33,896 nt of DNA from a virus (lineage: Duplodnaviria > Heunggongvirae > Uroviricota > Caudoviricetes), in the IMG/VR virus record IMGVR_UViG_2548876958_000018; one strand, 5' to 3'. Of the stretch, positions 7,907 to 17,520 are shown one piece after another (position 1 is the first letter of the stretch; each line of letters starts with the position of its first letter). The notes beneath the pieces are model-generated. The model saw nothing but the letters and a program-made list of their open reading frames with translations, did not search any database and had not been told where the DNA came from. A program made the translations under genes and the position numbers.

Positions 7907-8998
7907 GTGAACAAAATTTCAGCGGTGAGCTTATTTACTGGGGCAGGAGGGATGGATGTCGGTTTCTCTAATGCCGGGTTCCGAACAGTTTGGGCCAATG
8001 ATATAGATAAGGATGCATGTGATACATTTAAGCTTAATCATGAATCACCTGTTTTTTGTGGTGATATTGATGAGATGCTAAGTGAATTGTCTGGGCTGAA
8101 AAATATAGGTTGTGTTTTTGGTGGGCCTCCATGCCAAGGATTTTCTGTGGCAGGGAAAATGGACGCTCATGATCCACGTAGTAAGCTGGTTATGTCATTC
8201 ATGCGGGCGGTGGATATAATTCAACCAGAATGCTTTGTTATGGAGAATGTTAAGGCTTTAGCACAGTTGTCCAAATTTGAACCAGTTAGGTGTGAACTGT
8301 TTAAGATGGCTGAAAAGTCAGGCTATCGTTCAGCCTTGCTGGTGCTGAATTCTAAAGATTTTGGCGTTCCTCAGAATAGGGAACGTATGTTTTTTATAGG
8401 GTTTCGTTCCGAAAATGATGTGAAACGAGTTGAGGCGGCGATAAAAAAATACCAATATCTTTCGCCAACAGTTGGTGAGATTATTCGGCCTTTAGGGCGA
8501 GCGGGTAATCCAAATAATTCAAGAGTCTGTAATGCAAGGATTACAAATGCTGCTAAGCCAGTATTACGGAAGTCACCTTACGCGGGAATGATGTTTAACG
8601 GGCAGGGAAGACCAATTAACCCGAATGGGTATGCTTCAACTATAGCTGCTTCTATGGGGGGGAATAGGACACCAATTATTGATGAAGAACACCTTTATGA
8701 TGGCTCAACAAGTTATGTTGAGACTTATCATAATCATCTAATGAATGGTGGTGAGCCAAAAGATATGCACGATGTACCTAGTCGTTTACGTCGACTAACG
8801 ATAGATGAGGCTCTTTTGATTCAAACATTCCCGAGTAATTATGTCTTTGTGGGGAAAAATTCGTCAATTTGGCGTCAGATAGGGAATGCTGTGCCTTGTA
8901 AATTGGCGCAGGCTGTTGCTGCAGGGGTTTTGGATGTCCTTACTGGTAAAACTATTAATGTTCAAAAGAGTCAAACAGAGTTGAGTTTGAATTCGTAA
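7907..8998 (+). CDS. DNA (cytosine-5)-methyltransferase
   Basis: Motif I LFTGAGGMDVGF, motif IV GPPCQGFS, motif VI ENV, motif VIII QNRERMFFIG. Start taken as the in-frame GTG at 7907, which leaves a 330-bp gap to the R start; the track's TTG at 7844 (RBS-like AAGGTG 5 nt upstream) is an alternative that would overlap the controller gene. Confidence 0.9.
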   Translation: MNKISAVSLFTGAGGMDVGFSNAGFRTVWANDIDKDACDTFKLNHESPVFCGDIDEMLSELSGLKNIGCVFGGPPCQGFSVAGKMDAHDPRSKLVMSFMRAVDIIQPECFVMENVKALAQLSKFEPVRCELFKMAEKSGYRSALLVLNSKDFGVPQNRERMFFIGFRSENDVKRVEAAIKKYQYLSPTVGEIIRPLGRAGNPNNSRVCNARITNAAKPVLRKSPYAGMMFNGQGRPINPNGYASTIAASMGGNRTPIIDEEHLYDGSTSYVETYHNHLMNGGEPKDMHDVPSRLRRLTIDEALLIQTFPSNYVFVGKNSSIWRQIGNAVPCKLAQAVAAGVLDVLTGKTINVQKSQTELSLNS

Positions 8999-9154
8999 AA
9001 CGGATCACATTTTCAAACCGATGGATGCAGAATTTAACATTGCTGCATGAGTTTGCATCTTGAAATCATAAGCTGTACTGCTTAGCTTGACCAGAATTGA
9101 TGTGGGTAAGAAGTGGTTATGCACCCGCATTAAAACCGCCCCATTAAGCGGGCG

Positions 9155-9173
9155 GGCGAGGCGGGGAAAGCAC
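9155..9173. other. cos cohesive-end site (19-nt)
   Basis: GGCGAGGCGGGGAAAGCAC matches my recollection of the P2 cohesive end; located beside the 3' end of the portal gene, as at the P2 genome left end. Confidence 0.55.
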
Positions 9174-9342
9174 TGCGCGCTGGCGGTGGTGCTGATTTTA
9201 TTTTTTCAGCGTCTGAGCGCGTCGTGATGGCGTTTAGATTGTTCGCCGGGGCGTTGGTGTGTCTGCGGGCTGTTTTGTGCGGTGGTGAGCGTGTGAGGGC
9301 GTGATGGCGGGGTGTAAAAAAGCCGCCCACAGGCGGCGATGT

Positions 9343-10377
9343 TCAGCCGTTGTCAGTGTCCAGTGAGTAGTTTTTAAAGCGGATGACCTCCTGACCGAGC
9401 CAGCCGTTTATCTCGCGGATCCTGTCCTGTAACGGGATAAGCTCATTGCGGACAAAGACCTTTGCCACTTTCTCAATATCTCCCAGTGACCCGACGTTCT
9501 CCGGCTTGCCGCCCATCAACTGAAAGGGGATACGGTGCGCGTCCAGCAGGTCAGCGGCGCTGGCTTTTTTGATATTAAAAAAATCGTCCTTCGTTGCCAC
9601 TTCACTGAGCGGGATAATTTTAATGCCGTCGGCTTTCCCCTGTGGGGCATAGAGAAACAGATTTTTAAAGTTATTGCGGCCTTTCGACTTAACCATGTTT
9701 TCGCGAAGCATTTCGATATCGTTGCGGTCCTGCACGGCATCGGTGACGTACATGATGTATCCGGCATGTGCGCCGTTTTCGTAATACTTGCGGCGGAACA
9801 GCGTGGCCGACTCATTCAGCCAGGCAGAGTTAAGGGCGCTGAGATATTCCGGCAGGCCGTACAGCTCCTGATTAATATCAGTCTCCAGCAGGTGAAACAC
9901 GGAGCCGGGCGCGAAGGCTGTCGGCTCGTTGAAGGACGGCACCCACCAGTAAACATCCTCCTCCACGCCACGACGGGTATATTTGGCCGGTGAGGTTTCC
10001 AGTCTGATGACCTTACCGGTGGTGCTGTAACGCTTTTCCAGAAACGCATTACCAAACACCAGAAAATCCAGCACAAAGCGGCTGAAATCCTGCTGGGACA
10101 GCCACGGATGCGGGATAAATGTCGAGGCCAGAATATTACGTTTGACGTAAATCGGTGAGCTGTGATGCACGGCAGCACGCAGGCTTTTTGCCAGACCGGT
10201 AAAGCTGACCGGTGGCTCATACCATCTGCCGTTACTGATGCACTCGACGTAATCCAGAATGTCACGGCGGTCGAGTACCGGCACCGGCTCACCAAAGGTG
10301 AATGCCTCCATTTTCGGGGCGCTGGCGGTCATTTTTTTTGCCGTAGGTTGCGGTGTTTTCCCTTTTTTCTTGCTCAT
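9343..10377 (-). CDS. Q: portal protein (344 aa)
   Basis: 344-aa ORF; ATG overlaps the stop of the terminase gene (ATGA); leftward Q-P pair divergent from the O-N-M-L operon as in P2. Confidence 0.85.
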   Translation of the reverse strand: MSKKKGKTPQPTAKKMTASAPKMEAFTFGEPVPVLDRRDILDYVECISNGRWYEPPVSFTGLAKSLRAAVHHSSPIYVKRNILASTFIPHPWLSQQDFSRFVLDFLVFGNAFLEKRYSTTGKVIRLETSPAKYTRRGVEEDVYWWVPSFNEPTAFAPGSVFHLLETDINQELYGLPEYLSALNSAWLNESATLFRRKYYENGAHAGYIMYVTDAVQDRNDIEMLRENMVKSKGRNNFKNLFLYAPQGKADGIKIIPLSEVATKDDFFNIKKASAADLLDAHRIPFQLMGGKPENVGSLGDIEKVAKVFVRNELIPLQDRIREINGWLGQEVIRFKNYSLDTDNG

Positions 10378-12149
10378 CAGTAAAACTCCAGAATGGTGGA
10401 TGTCAGCGGGGTGCTGATACCGGCGGTGAGTGGCTCATTTAACAGGGCGTGCATGGTCGCCCAGGCGAGGTCGGCGTGGCTGGCTTCCTCGCTGCGGCTG
10501 GCCTCATAGGTGGCGCTGCGTCCGCTGCTGGTCATGGTCTTGCGGATAGCCATGAACGAGCTGGTGATGTCGGTGGCGCTGACGTCATATTCCAGACAGC
10601 CACGGCGGATAACGTCTTTGGCCTTGAGCACCATTGCGGTTTTCATTTCCGGCGTGTAGCGGATATCGCGCGCGGCGGGATAGAACGAGCGCACGAGCTG
10701 GAACACACCGACACCGAGGCCGGTGGCATCAATACCGATGTATTCAACGTTATATTTTTCGGTGAGTTTGCGGATGGATTCTGCCTGGGTGGCAAAGTCC
10801 ATGCCTTTCCACTGGTGACGCTCAAGGATCCTGAATTTGCCACCGGCCACCACCGGCGGTGCCAGTACCACGCATCCGGCGCTGTCGCCACGGTGTGACG
10901 GGTCGTAACCAATCCAGACCGGGCGGGAGCCGAACGGATTTGCGGCAAACGGCGCATAGTCTTCCCATTCTTCCAGCGTGTCGACCATGCAGCGTTGCAG
11001 CTCCTCGAACGGGAACACCGACGCCTTGTCGTCAACAAATTCACACATGAACAGGTTTTTAAAATCGTCGGCGCTGTTTTCACGTTTGAGCTGCTCAATG
11101 TCGAACAGCGTGCAACCACCTTTCAGGGCGTCCTCAATGGTGACAATCTGCCGCCACTGGCCGTCCGCACAGAGAAGCCCACCGGCAAGGGCGTTATGAC
11201 TGACGTCGATTTCCACGCGCTCGGCGGCGCTGGCGCGTCCCCGGTTAAACAGTTCACCCGACCAGAACGGGTAGGCGTCGTGCGCCAGCGTGGACGGGGT
11301 GGAGAAATAGGTCGAGCGCAGGTGACTCTGTGAGGCCATACCTGATGCCACCTTACGCAGTACCTGAAAATTCGGGATCCAGAAAATCTCGTCGACGTAC
11401 AGGTCGCCGTTATGGCTCTGCGCGGTGTTGGAGTTGGTGCCGAGAAAAATCAGTTTTGCGCCGTTATTGCCCAGGACAATCGGGTCACCGGTCAGGTCAA
11501 CGTCAACCAGCCGGGCAAAGGCGATGATGTATTCGCGGAACACATACGCCTGCGTTTTACTGGCCGACAGAAAAATCTGGTTATGACCGGTTTTCAGGGC
11601 GCGCAGCAGCGCCTCGCGGGAAAAATAAAACGTCGCGCCAATCTGGCGGGATTTCAGGATATCGCGGATGCGGTGCTCAAGCCCGGCGCGATACCAGTGC
11701 AACTGATAGTCGAAAGACTGCTCAAAGAAAATCTGCTCCAGCTTTTCGATGGCCTCGTCACTGAAAAAATTCTTTTTCGGTTTGCGCCGCCCGCCTTTGT
11801 TGCGGTTAGCGACGTTCGGATTAAGGTCTGCCTCGTTGCCGGTCTGACTGTAACGGTTTACCCGTGCCAGTCGTTCAATCTGGCGTCCGAGCAGGTCAAT
11901 TTCCTTGAAGTCACCGCCGGTTTTCTGCGGTTTGATGATGAGCCGGGTCAGCCGCGCTTCCAGACTCATTTCGACACGGCTGATGGGGGCAACGCTGTCC
12001 CAGCCGTCGCGCTGTTTCCAGCTCTGCACTGTCGGGCGTTTCATCTGCAACATGGCGGCAATCTGCGGCACGGAAAACCCCTGCCAGTACAGCAGCGCCG
12101 CCTGACGACGCGGGTCGTGTAAAAGAGTGGTGTCTGTGGTGATGGTCAT
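10377..12149 (-). CDS. P: terminase large (ATPase) subunit (590 aa)
   Basis: Start chosen at ATG 12149 with GAGGT 5 nt upstream, giving 590 aa (P2 gpP size, from memory); the track ORF extends 10 codons further. Confidence 0.85.
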   Translation of the reverse strand: MTITTDTTLLHDPRRQAALLYWQGFSVPQIAAMLQMKRPTVQSWKQRDGWDSVAPISRVEMSLEARLTRLIIKPQKTGGDFKEIDLLGRQIERLARVNRYSQTGNEADLNPNVANRNKGGRRKPKKNFFSDEAIEKLEQIFFEQSFDYQLHWYRAGLEHRIRDILKSRQIGATFYFSREALLRALKTGHNQIFLSASKTQAYVFREYIIAFARLVDVDLTGDPIVLGNNGAKLIFLGTNSNTAQSHNGDLYVDEIFWIPNFQVLRKVASGMASQSHLRSTYFSTPSTLAHDAYPFWSGELFNRGRASAAERVEIDVSHNALAGGLLCADGQWRQIVTIEDALKGGCTLFDIEQLKRENSADDFKNLFMCEFVDDKASVFPFEELQRCMVDTLEEWEDYAPFAANPFGSRPVWIGYDPSHRGDSAGCVVLAPPVVAGGKFRILERHQWKGMDFATQAESIRKLTEKYNVEYIGIDATGLGVGVFQLVRSFYPAARDIRYTPEMKTAMVLKAKDVIRRGCLEYDVSATDITSSFMAIRKTMTSSGRSATYEASRSEEASHADLAWATMHALLNEPLTAGISTPLTSTILEFY

Positions 12150-12322
12150 GAATACCTCGCCGTGATGAATACACGGCAAGGCTACTGAGTCGCGCCCCGC
12201 GATTCGCTAAGGTGCTGTTGTGTCAGTGATAAGCCATCCGGGACTGATGGCGGAGGATGCGCATCGTCGGGAAACTGATGCCGACATGTGACTCCTCTAA
12301 TCACTATTCAGGACTCCTGACA

Positions 12323-13176
12323 ATGGCAAAAAAAGTCTCAAAATTCTTTCGTATCGGCGTTGAGGGTGACACCTGTGACGGGCGTGTCATCAGTGCGCAG
12401 GATATTCAGGAAATGGCCGAAACCTTTGACCCGCGAGTCTATGGTTGCCGCATTAACCTGGAACATCTGCGCGGCATCCTGCCTGACGGTATTTTTAAGC
12501 GTTATGGCGATGTGGCCGAACTGAAGGCCGAAAAGATTGACGATGATTCGGCGCTGAAAGGCAAATGGGCGCTGTTTGCGAAAATCACCCCGACCGATGA
12601 CCTTATCGCGATGAACAAGGCCGCGCAGAAGGTCTACACCTCAATGGAAATTCAGCCGAACTTTGCCAACACCGGCAAATGTTATCTGGTGGGTCTGGCC
12701 GTCACCGATGACCCGGCAAGCCTCGGCACGGAATACCTGGAATTCTGCCGCACGGCAAAACACAACCCCTGAACCGCTTCAAATTAAGCCCTGAAAACCT
12801 GATTTCAGTGGCAACGCCTGTTGAGCTGGAATTTGAAGACCTGCCTGAAACCGTGTTCACCGCCCTGACCGAAAAGGTGAAATCCATTTTTGGCCGCAAA
12901 CAGGCCAGCGATGACGCCCGTCTGAATGACGTGCATGAAGCGGTGACCGCTGTTGCTGAACATGTGCAGGAAAAACTGAGCGCCACTGAGCAGCGCCTCG
13001 CTGAGATGGAAACCGCCTTTTCCGCACTTAAGCAGGATGTGACTGACAGGGCGGATGAAACCAGTCAGGCATTCACCCGCCTGAAAAACAGTCTCGACCA
13101 CACCGAAAGTCTGACCCAGCAGCGCCGCAGTAAAGCCACCGGCGGTGGCGGTGACGCCCTGATGACGAACTGCTGA
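12323..13176 (+). pseudogene. O: capsid scaffold protein O, interrupted by a -1 frameshift
   Basis: ATG at 12323 (MAKKVSKFF...). Frame stops at TGA 12770..12772 and continues in the -1 frame from 12772 (track ORF 12808..13176). The span is 854 bp, one base short of 284 codons plus stop; the C4 run at 12766..12769 is the likely indel site. Confidence 0.8.
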
Positions 13177-13234
13177 CCGGCGTCAGTCAGTCCGGGAAAA
13201 CCTTCACGATTAACCCTTAATTTCAGGAAAAACT

Positions 13235-14308
13235 ATGCGCCAGGAAACCCGCTTTAAATTTAATGCCTACCTGTCCCGTGTTGCCGAACTGAACGGCATC
13301 GACGCCGGTGATGTGTCGAAAAAATTCACCGTTGAACCGTCGGTCACCCAGACCCTGATGAACACCATGCAGGAGTCCTCTGACTTTCTGACCCGCATCA
13401 ACATTGTGCCGGTCAGCGAAATGAAAGGGGAAAAAATTGGCATCGGTGTCACCGGCTCCATCGCCAGCACCACCGACACCGCCGGTGGCACCGAGCGTCA
13501 GCCGAAGGACTTCTCGAAGCTGGCGTCAAACAAGTACGAATGCGACCAGATTAACTTCGATTTTTATATCCGCTACAAAACGCTGGACCTGTGGGCGCGT
13601 TATCAGGATTTCCAGCTCCGTATCCGTAACGCCATTATCAAACGCCAGTCCCTTGATTTCATCATGGCCGGTTTTAACGGCGTGAAGCGTGCCGAAACCT
13701 CTGACCGCAACAGCAATCCGATGCTGCAGGATGTGGCGGTCGGCTGGCTGCAGAAATACCGCAATGAAGCCCCGGCGCGCGTGATGAGCAAGGTCACTGA
13801 CGAGGAAGGGCACACCACCTCTGAGGTCATCCGCGTGGGTAAGGGCGGTGATTATGCCAGCCTTGATGCACTGGTGATGGATGCGACCAACAACCTGATT
13901 GAGCCGTGGTATCAGGAAGACCCTGACCTTGTGGTGATTGTGGGACGTCAGCTACTGGCGGACAAGTATTTTCCCATCGTCAACAAGGAGCAGGACAACA
14001 GCGAAATGCTGGCCGCTGACGTCATCATCAGCCAGAAACGCATCGGTAACCTGCCGGCGGTACGCGTCCCGTACTTCCCGGCGGATGCGATGCTCATCAC
14101 GAAGCTGGAAAACCTGTCCATCTACTACATGGATGACAGTCATCGCCGCGTGATTGAGGAAAACCCGAAACTTGACCGCGTGGAGAACTACGAGTCAATG
14201 AACATTGATTACGTGGTGGAAGACTACGCCGCCGGTTGTCTGGTGGAAAAAATTAAGGTCGGTGATTTCTCCACACTGGCTAAAGCGACCGCAGAGCCGG
14301 GAGCGTAA
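13235..14308 (+). CDS. N: major capsid protein (357 aa)
   Basis: 357-aa ORF after the scaffold gene; size and order match P2 gpN. Confidence 0.9.
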   Translation: MRQETRFKFNAYLSRVAELNGIDAGDVSKKFTVEPSVTQTLMNTMQESSDFLTRINIVPVSEMKGEKIGIGVTGSIASTTDTAGGTERQPKDFSKLASNKYECDQINFDFYIRYKTLDLWARYQDFQLRIRNAIIKRQSLDFIMAGFNGVKRAETSDRNSNPMLQDVAVGWLQKYRNEAPARVMSKVTDEEGHTTSEVIRVGKGGDYASLDALVMDATNNLIEPWYQEDPDLVVIVGRQLLADKYFPIVNKEQDNSEMLAADVIISQKRIGNLPAVRVPYFPADAMLITKLENLSIYYMDDSHRRVIEENPKLDRVENYESMNIDYVVEDYAAGCLVEKIKVGDFSTLAKATAEPGA

Positions 14309-14311
14309 CCG

Positions 14312-15055
14312 ATGACGAGTCCCGCACAGCGCCACATGATGCGGGTCTCGGCAGCGATGACCGCGCAGCGGGAAGCCGCCCCGCTGCGACATGCAACTGT
14401 CTATGAGCAGATGCTGGTTAAGCTCGCCGCAGACCAGCGCACACTGAAAGCGATTTATTCAAAAGAGCTGAAGGCCGCGAAAAAACGCGAACTGCTGCCG
14501 TTCTGGTTGCCGTGGGTGAACGGCGTGCTGGAGCAGGGCAAAGGCGCACAGGATGACATTCTGATGACGGTCATGCTGTGGCGTCTGGATACCGGAGATA
14601 TTGCCGGTGCGCTGGAGATTGCCCGTTATGCCCTGAAGTACGGTCTGACCATGCCGGGTAAACACCGCCGCACCCCGCCGTACATGTTCACCGAGGAGGT
14701 CGCGCTCGCGGCCATGCGCGCCCACGCTGCCGGTGAATCTGTGGATACCCGCCTGCTGACGGAAACCCTTGAACTGACCGCCACGGCAGACATGCCTGAT
14801 GAAGTGCGCGCAAAGCTGCACAAAATCACCGGTCTGTTTCTGCGTGACGGTGGTGATGCCGCCGGTGCGCTGGCTCACCTGCAACGTGCGACACAGCTCG
14901 ACTGTCAGGCAGGCGTCAAAAAAGAGATTGAACGACTGGAGCGGGAGCTGAAACCGAAGCCGGAGCCGCAGCCAAAAGCGGCCACCCGCGCCCCGCGTAA
15001 GACCCGGAGTGCGACACCGGCAAAACGTGGACGCCCGAAAAAGAAAGCCAGTTAA
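14312..15055 (+). CDS. M: terminase small / endonuclease subunit (247 aa)
   Basis: 247-aa ORF with a basic Lys/Arg/Pro-rich C-terminus; position after N. Confidence 0.8.
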   Translation: MTSPAQRHMMRVSAAMTAQREAAPLRHATVYEQMLVKLAADQRTLKAIYSKELKAAKKRELLPFWLPWVNGVLEQGKGAQDDILMTVMLWRLDTGDIAGALEIARYALKYGLTMPGKHRRTPPYMFTEEVALAAMRAHAAGESVDTRLLTETLELTATADMPDEVRAKLHKITGLFLRDGGDAAGALAHLQRATQLDCQAGVKKEIERLERELKPKPEPQPKAATRAPRKTRSATPAKRGRPKKKAS

Positions 15056-15154
15056 CAACCGAATGCGCCCCGCGCCAGGGCGGCACGTCGGTCAGTGAGG
15101 GTGAATCACCTGACACTGCACCGGCGTCCACCGCCCGACTTTTCAGAGGTAGTC

Positions 15155-15664
15155 ATGATGACGCTGATTATTCCGCGAAAGGAGGCTCCCGTGTCCGGTG
15201 AGGGTACGGTGGTCATCCCGCAACCGGCAGGCGACGAGCCGGTGATTAAAAACACGTTCTTTTTTCCCGATATCGACCCGAAGCGCGTCCGGGAACGTAT
15301 GCGCCTTGAGCAGACCGTCGCCCCCGCCCGTCTGCGTGAGGCTATCAAGTCAGGCATGGCGGAGACGAATGCGGAGCTGTACGAGTACCGCGAACAGAAA
15401 ATTGCCGCCGGTTTTACGCGTCTGGCGGACGTCCCGGCGGACGACATCGACGGTGAAAGCATCAGGGTTTTTTACTACGAGCGCGCCGTGTGTGCGATGG
15501 CGACCGCGTCGCTTTATGAGCGTTATCGCGGCGTGGATGCCAGTGCGAAAGGCGACAAGAAGGCCGACAGCATTGACAGCACCATTGATGAGCTGTGGCG
15601 GGATATGCGCTGGGCAGTGGCGCGAATCCAGGACAAGCCGCGCTGCATCGTGAGTCAAATCTGA
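15155..15664 (+). CDS. L: head completion protein (169 aa)
   Basis: ATG at 15155 after GAGGT (15146..15150) gives 169 aa; the track's upstream extension lacks an RBS. Confidence 0.75.
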   Translation: MMTLIIPRKEAPVSGEGTVVIPQPAGDEPVIKNTFFFPDIDPKRVRERMRLEQTVAPARLREAIKSGMAETNAELYEYREQKIAAGFTRLADVPADDIDGESIRVFYYERAVCAMATASLYERYRGVDASAKGDKKADSIDSTIDELWRDMRWAVARIQDKPRCIVSQI

Positions 15665-15867
15665 TGAAGACCTTTGCGCTACAGGGCGACACGCTCGACG
15701 CCATTTGTGTCCGGTATTACGGGCGCACTGAGGGCGTGGTCGAAGCCGTGCTCGCCGCAAATCCGGGACTGGCTGAACTGGGTGTGGTGCTGCCACACGG
15801 CACCGCCGTCGAACTGCCCGACGTTCAGACCGCGCCCGTGGCTGAAACTGTCAATCTGTGGGAGTAA
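15664..15867 (+). CDS. X: tail protein X (67 aa)
   Basis: ATG at 15664 overlaps the L stop (TGATG); 67-aa product; precedes the lysis cassette. Confidence 0.7.
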   Translation: MKTFALQGDTLDAICVRYYGRTEGVVEAVLAANPGLAELGVVLPHGTAVELPDVQTAPVAETVNLWE

Positions 15868-15870
15868 CGC

Positions 15871-16152
15871 ATGACAGCAGAAGAAAAAAGCGTCCTGTCG
15901 CTTTTCATGATTGGGGTGCTGATTGTTGTCGGCAAGGTGCTTGCCGGTGGTGAACCCATCACCCCGCGTCTGTTTATCGGGCGCATGTTGCTCGGTGGTT
16001 TTGTCTCGATGGTTGCCGGTGTTGTTCTGGTGCAGTTTCCTGACCTGTCACTGCCTGCAGTGTGCGGCATCGGCTCCATGCTGGGTATCGCCGGTTATCA
16101 GGTGATTGAGATTGCCATTCAGCGCCGCTTTAAGGGCAGGGGGAAACCGTAA
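15871..16152 (+). CDS. Y: holin (93 aa)
   Basis: 93-aa protein with hydrophobic membrane segments, immediately upstream of the endolysin. Confidence 0.75.
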   Translation: MTAEEKSVLSLFMIGVLIVVGKVLAGGEPITPRLFIGRMLLGGFVSMVAGVVLVQFPDLSLPAVCGIGSMLGIAGYQVIEIAIQRRFKGRGKP

Positions 16153-16649
16153 TGCCGGTAATTAACACGCATCAGAATATCGCCGCCTTTCTCGACATGC
16201 TGGCGGTATCCGAAGGGACGGCGAATCATCCGCTGACGAAAAACCGTGGCTATGACGTGATAGTCACCGGACTGGACGGGAAGCCGGAAATTTTCACCGA
16301 CTACAGTGACCACCCGTTCGCGCATGGCCGACCGGCGAAGGTCTTTAACCGTCGCGGTGAAAAGTCCACGGCATCCGGTCGCTATCAGCAGCTTTACCTG
16401 TTCTGGCCGCACTACCGCAAACAGCTTGCCCTGCCGGATTTCAGTCCGTTGTCACAGGACAGGCTCGCCATTCAGTTGATCCGCGAACGCGGTGCACTGG
16501 ATGACATCCGGGCGGGACGCATTGAGCGCGCTATTTCACGCTGTCGCAATATCTGGGCGTCCCTGCCGGGAGCCGGTTACGGTCAGCGTGAGCATTCACT
16601 GGAAAAACTGGTCACCGTCTGGCGTACCGCTGGCGGCGTACCGGCTTAA
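16152..16649 (+). CDS. K: endolysin (165 aa)
   Basis: 165-aa soluble protein between the holin and the lysis accessory genes; P2 gpK position. Confidence 0.8.
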   Translation: MPVINTHQNIAAFLDMLAVSEGTANHPLTKNRGYDVIVTGLDGKPEIFTDYSDHPFAHGRPAKVFNRRGEKSTASGRYQQLYLFWPHYRKQLALPDFSPLSQDRLAIQLIRERGALDDIRAGRIERAISRCRNIWASLPGAGYGQREHSLEKLVTVWRTAGGVPA

Positions 16650-16663
16650 ACGGAGTAAACACC

Positions 16664-17089
16664 ATGAAGAAATTATCCCTTTCACTGATGCTGAACGTGT
16701 CGCTGGCGCTGATGCTGGCACTGTCCCTGATTTACCCGCAGAGCGTGGCCGTCAATTTTGTCGCTGCCTGGGCGATTCTGGCGACGGTTATCTGTGTGGT
16801 TGACGGTGGTGTCGGCGTGTATGCCACTGAGTATGTGCTGGAACGCTACGGGCGGGAGCTGCCGCCGGAATCGCTGGCCGTGAAGATTGTCACGGCGCTG
16901 TTTTTGCAGCCGGTGCCGTGGCGCAGACGGGCGGCGGCTCTGGTGGTGATGGTGGCGACGTTTATCGCGCTGGTCGCTGCCGGGTGGATTTTTACCGCGC
17001 TGATTTATCTCGTGGCGTCGCTGTTTTTCCGGCTGATACGCACGGCCTGCCGTCAGCGTCTTGAGGGGCGGGAACTATGTCAAAGCTGA
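16664..17089 (+). CDS. lysA: lysis timing membrane protein LysA-like (141 aa)
   Basis: multi-TM 141-aa protein downstream of the endolysin. Confidence 0.6.
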   Translation: MKKLSLSLMLNVSLALMLALSLIYPQSVAVNFVAAWAILATVICVVDGGVGVYATEYVLERYGRELPPESLAVKIVTALFLQPVPWRRRAAALVVMVATFIALVAAGWIFTALIYLVASLFFRLIRTACRQRLEGRELCQS

Positions 17090-17520
17090 TGATTGCACTG
17101 GTCGTGTTGTTATCGCTGGCGGTGGCGGGGCTGTTTCTGGCGAAGCATGAAAACGCCAGACTGCGCGCCTCACTGGACAGGGCGAACAACGTCGCCAGCG
17201 GGCAGCAGACGACCATCACCATGCTGAAAAATCAGCTTCATGTTGCCCTCACCAGAGCAGACAAAAACGAGCTGGCGCAGGTGGTACTGCGTCAGGAACT
17301 GGAGAACGCCGCGAAGCGTGAAGCACAGCGCGAGAAAACCATCACGAGGTTACTTAATGAAAACGAAGATTTTCGCCGCTGGTACGGCGCTGACCTGCCT
17401 GATGCTGTGCGCCGGTTGCACCAGCGCCCCGCCTGCACCGACGCCAGTGATTGTCCACAACGCCTGCCCAAAAGTGAGTCTTTGCCCGATGCCGGGCAGC
17501 GACCCGGAGACGAACGGTGA
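17077..17520 (+). CDS. lysB: inner-membrane spanin subunit (LysB / Rz-like)
   Basis: N-terminal TM helix followed by a charged coiled-coil-like region; contains the embedded lipoprotein gene in another frame. Confidence 0.65.
   Translation: MSKLMIALVVLLSLAVAGLFLAKHENARLRASLDRANNVASGQQTTITMLKNQLHVALTRADKNELAQVVLRQELENAAKREAQREKTITRLLNENEDFRRWYGADLPDAVRRLHQRPACTDASDCPQRLPKSESLPDAGQRPGDER

Noticed and set aside
9130-9330. 66-aa minus-strand ORF spanning the cos site
   Set aside because: Overlaps the cohesive-end sequence and packaging region; Arg/Ala/Pro-rich low-complexity product
9516-10295. Three ORFs (9516..9815 and 9816..10295 on minus, 9535..9993 on plus) overlapping the portal gene
   Set aside because: Shadow ORFs inside a well-supported 344-aa gene in GC-rich sequence; Arg/Ser/Cys-rich, junk-like composition
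10449-12174. Numerous plus- and minus-strand ORFs overlapping the terminase large subunit gene
   Set aside because: Antisense or out-of-frame shadows of the 590-aa P gene; Arg/Gly-rich low-complexity products
12257-12322. N-terminal extension of the O ORF starting at 12257
   Set aside because: Would occupy the divergent P/O promoter region; the ATG at 12323 gives the conserved MAKK start
12150-12322. Exact TGT-N12-ACA late-activator box in the divergent P/O promoter region
   Set aside because: Searched by eye and found no exact match; only TGT clusters without a correctly spaced ACA, so no feature called
12808-13176. 122-aa ORF listed as a separate gene
   Set aside because: It is the C-terminal part of scaffold gene O after the frameshift at the C-run near 12766..12769
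14459-15058. 199-aa minus-strand ORF antisense to terminase small subunit gene M
   Set aside because: Fully contained antisense to a syntenic P2 gene; Arg-rich composition typical of GC-rich antisense frames
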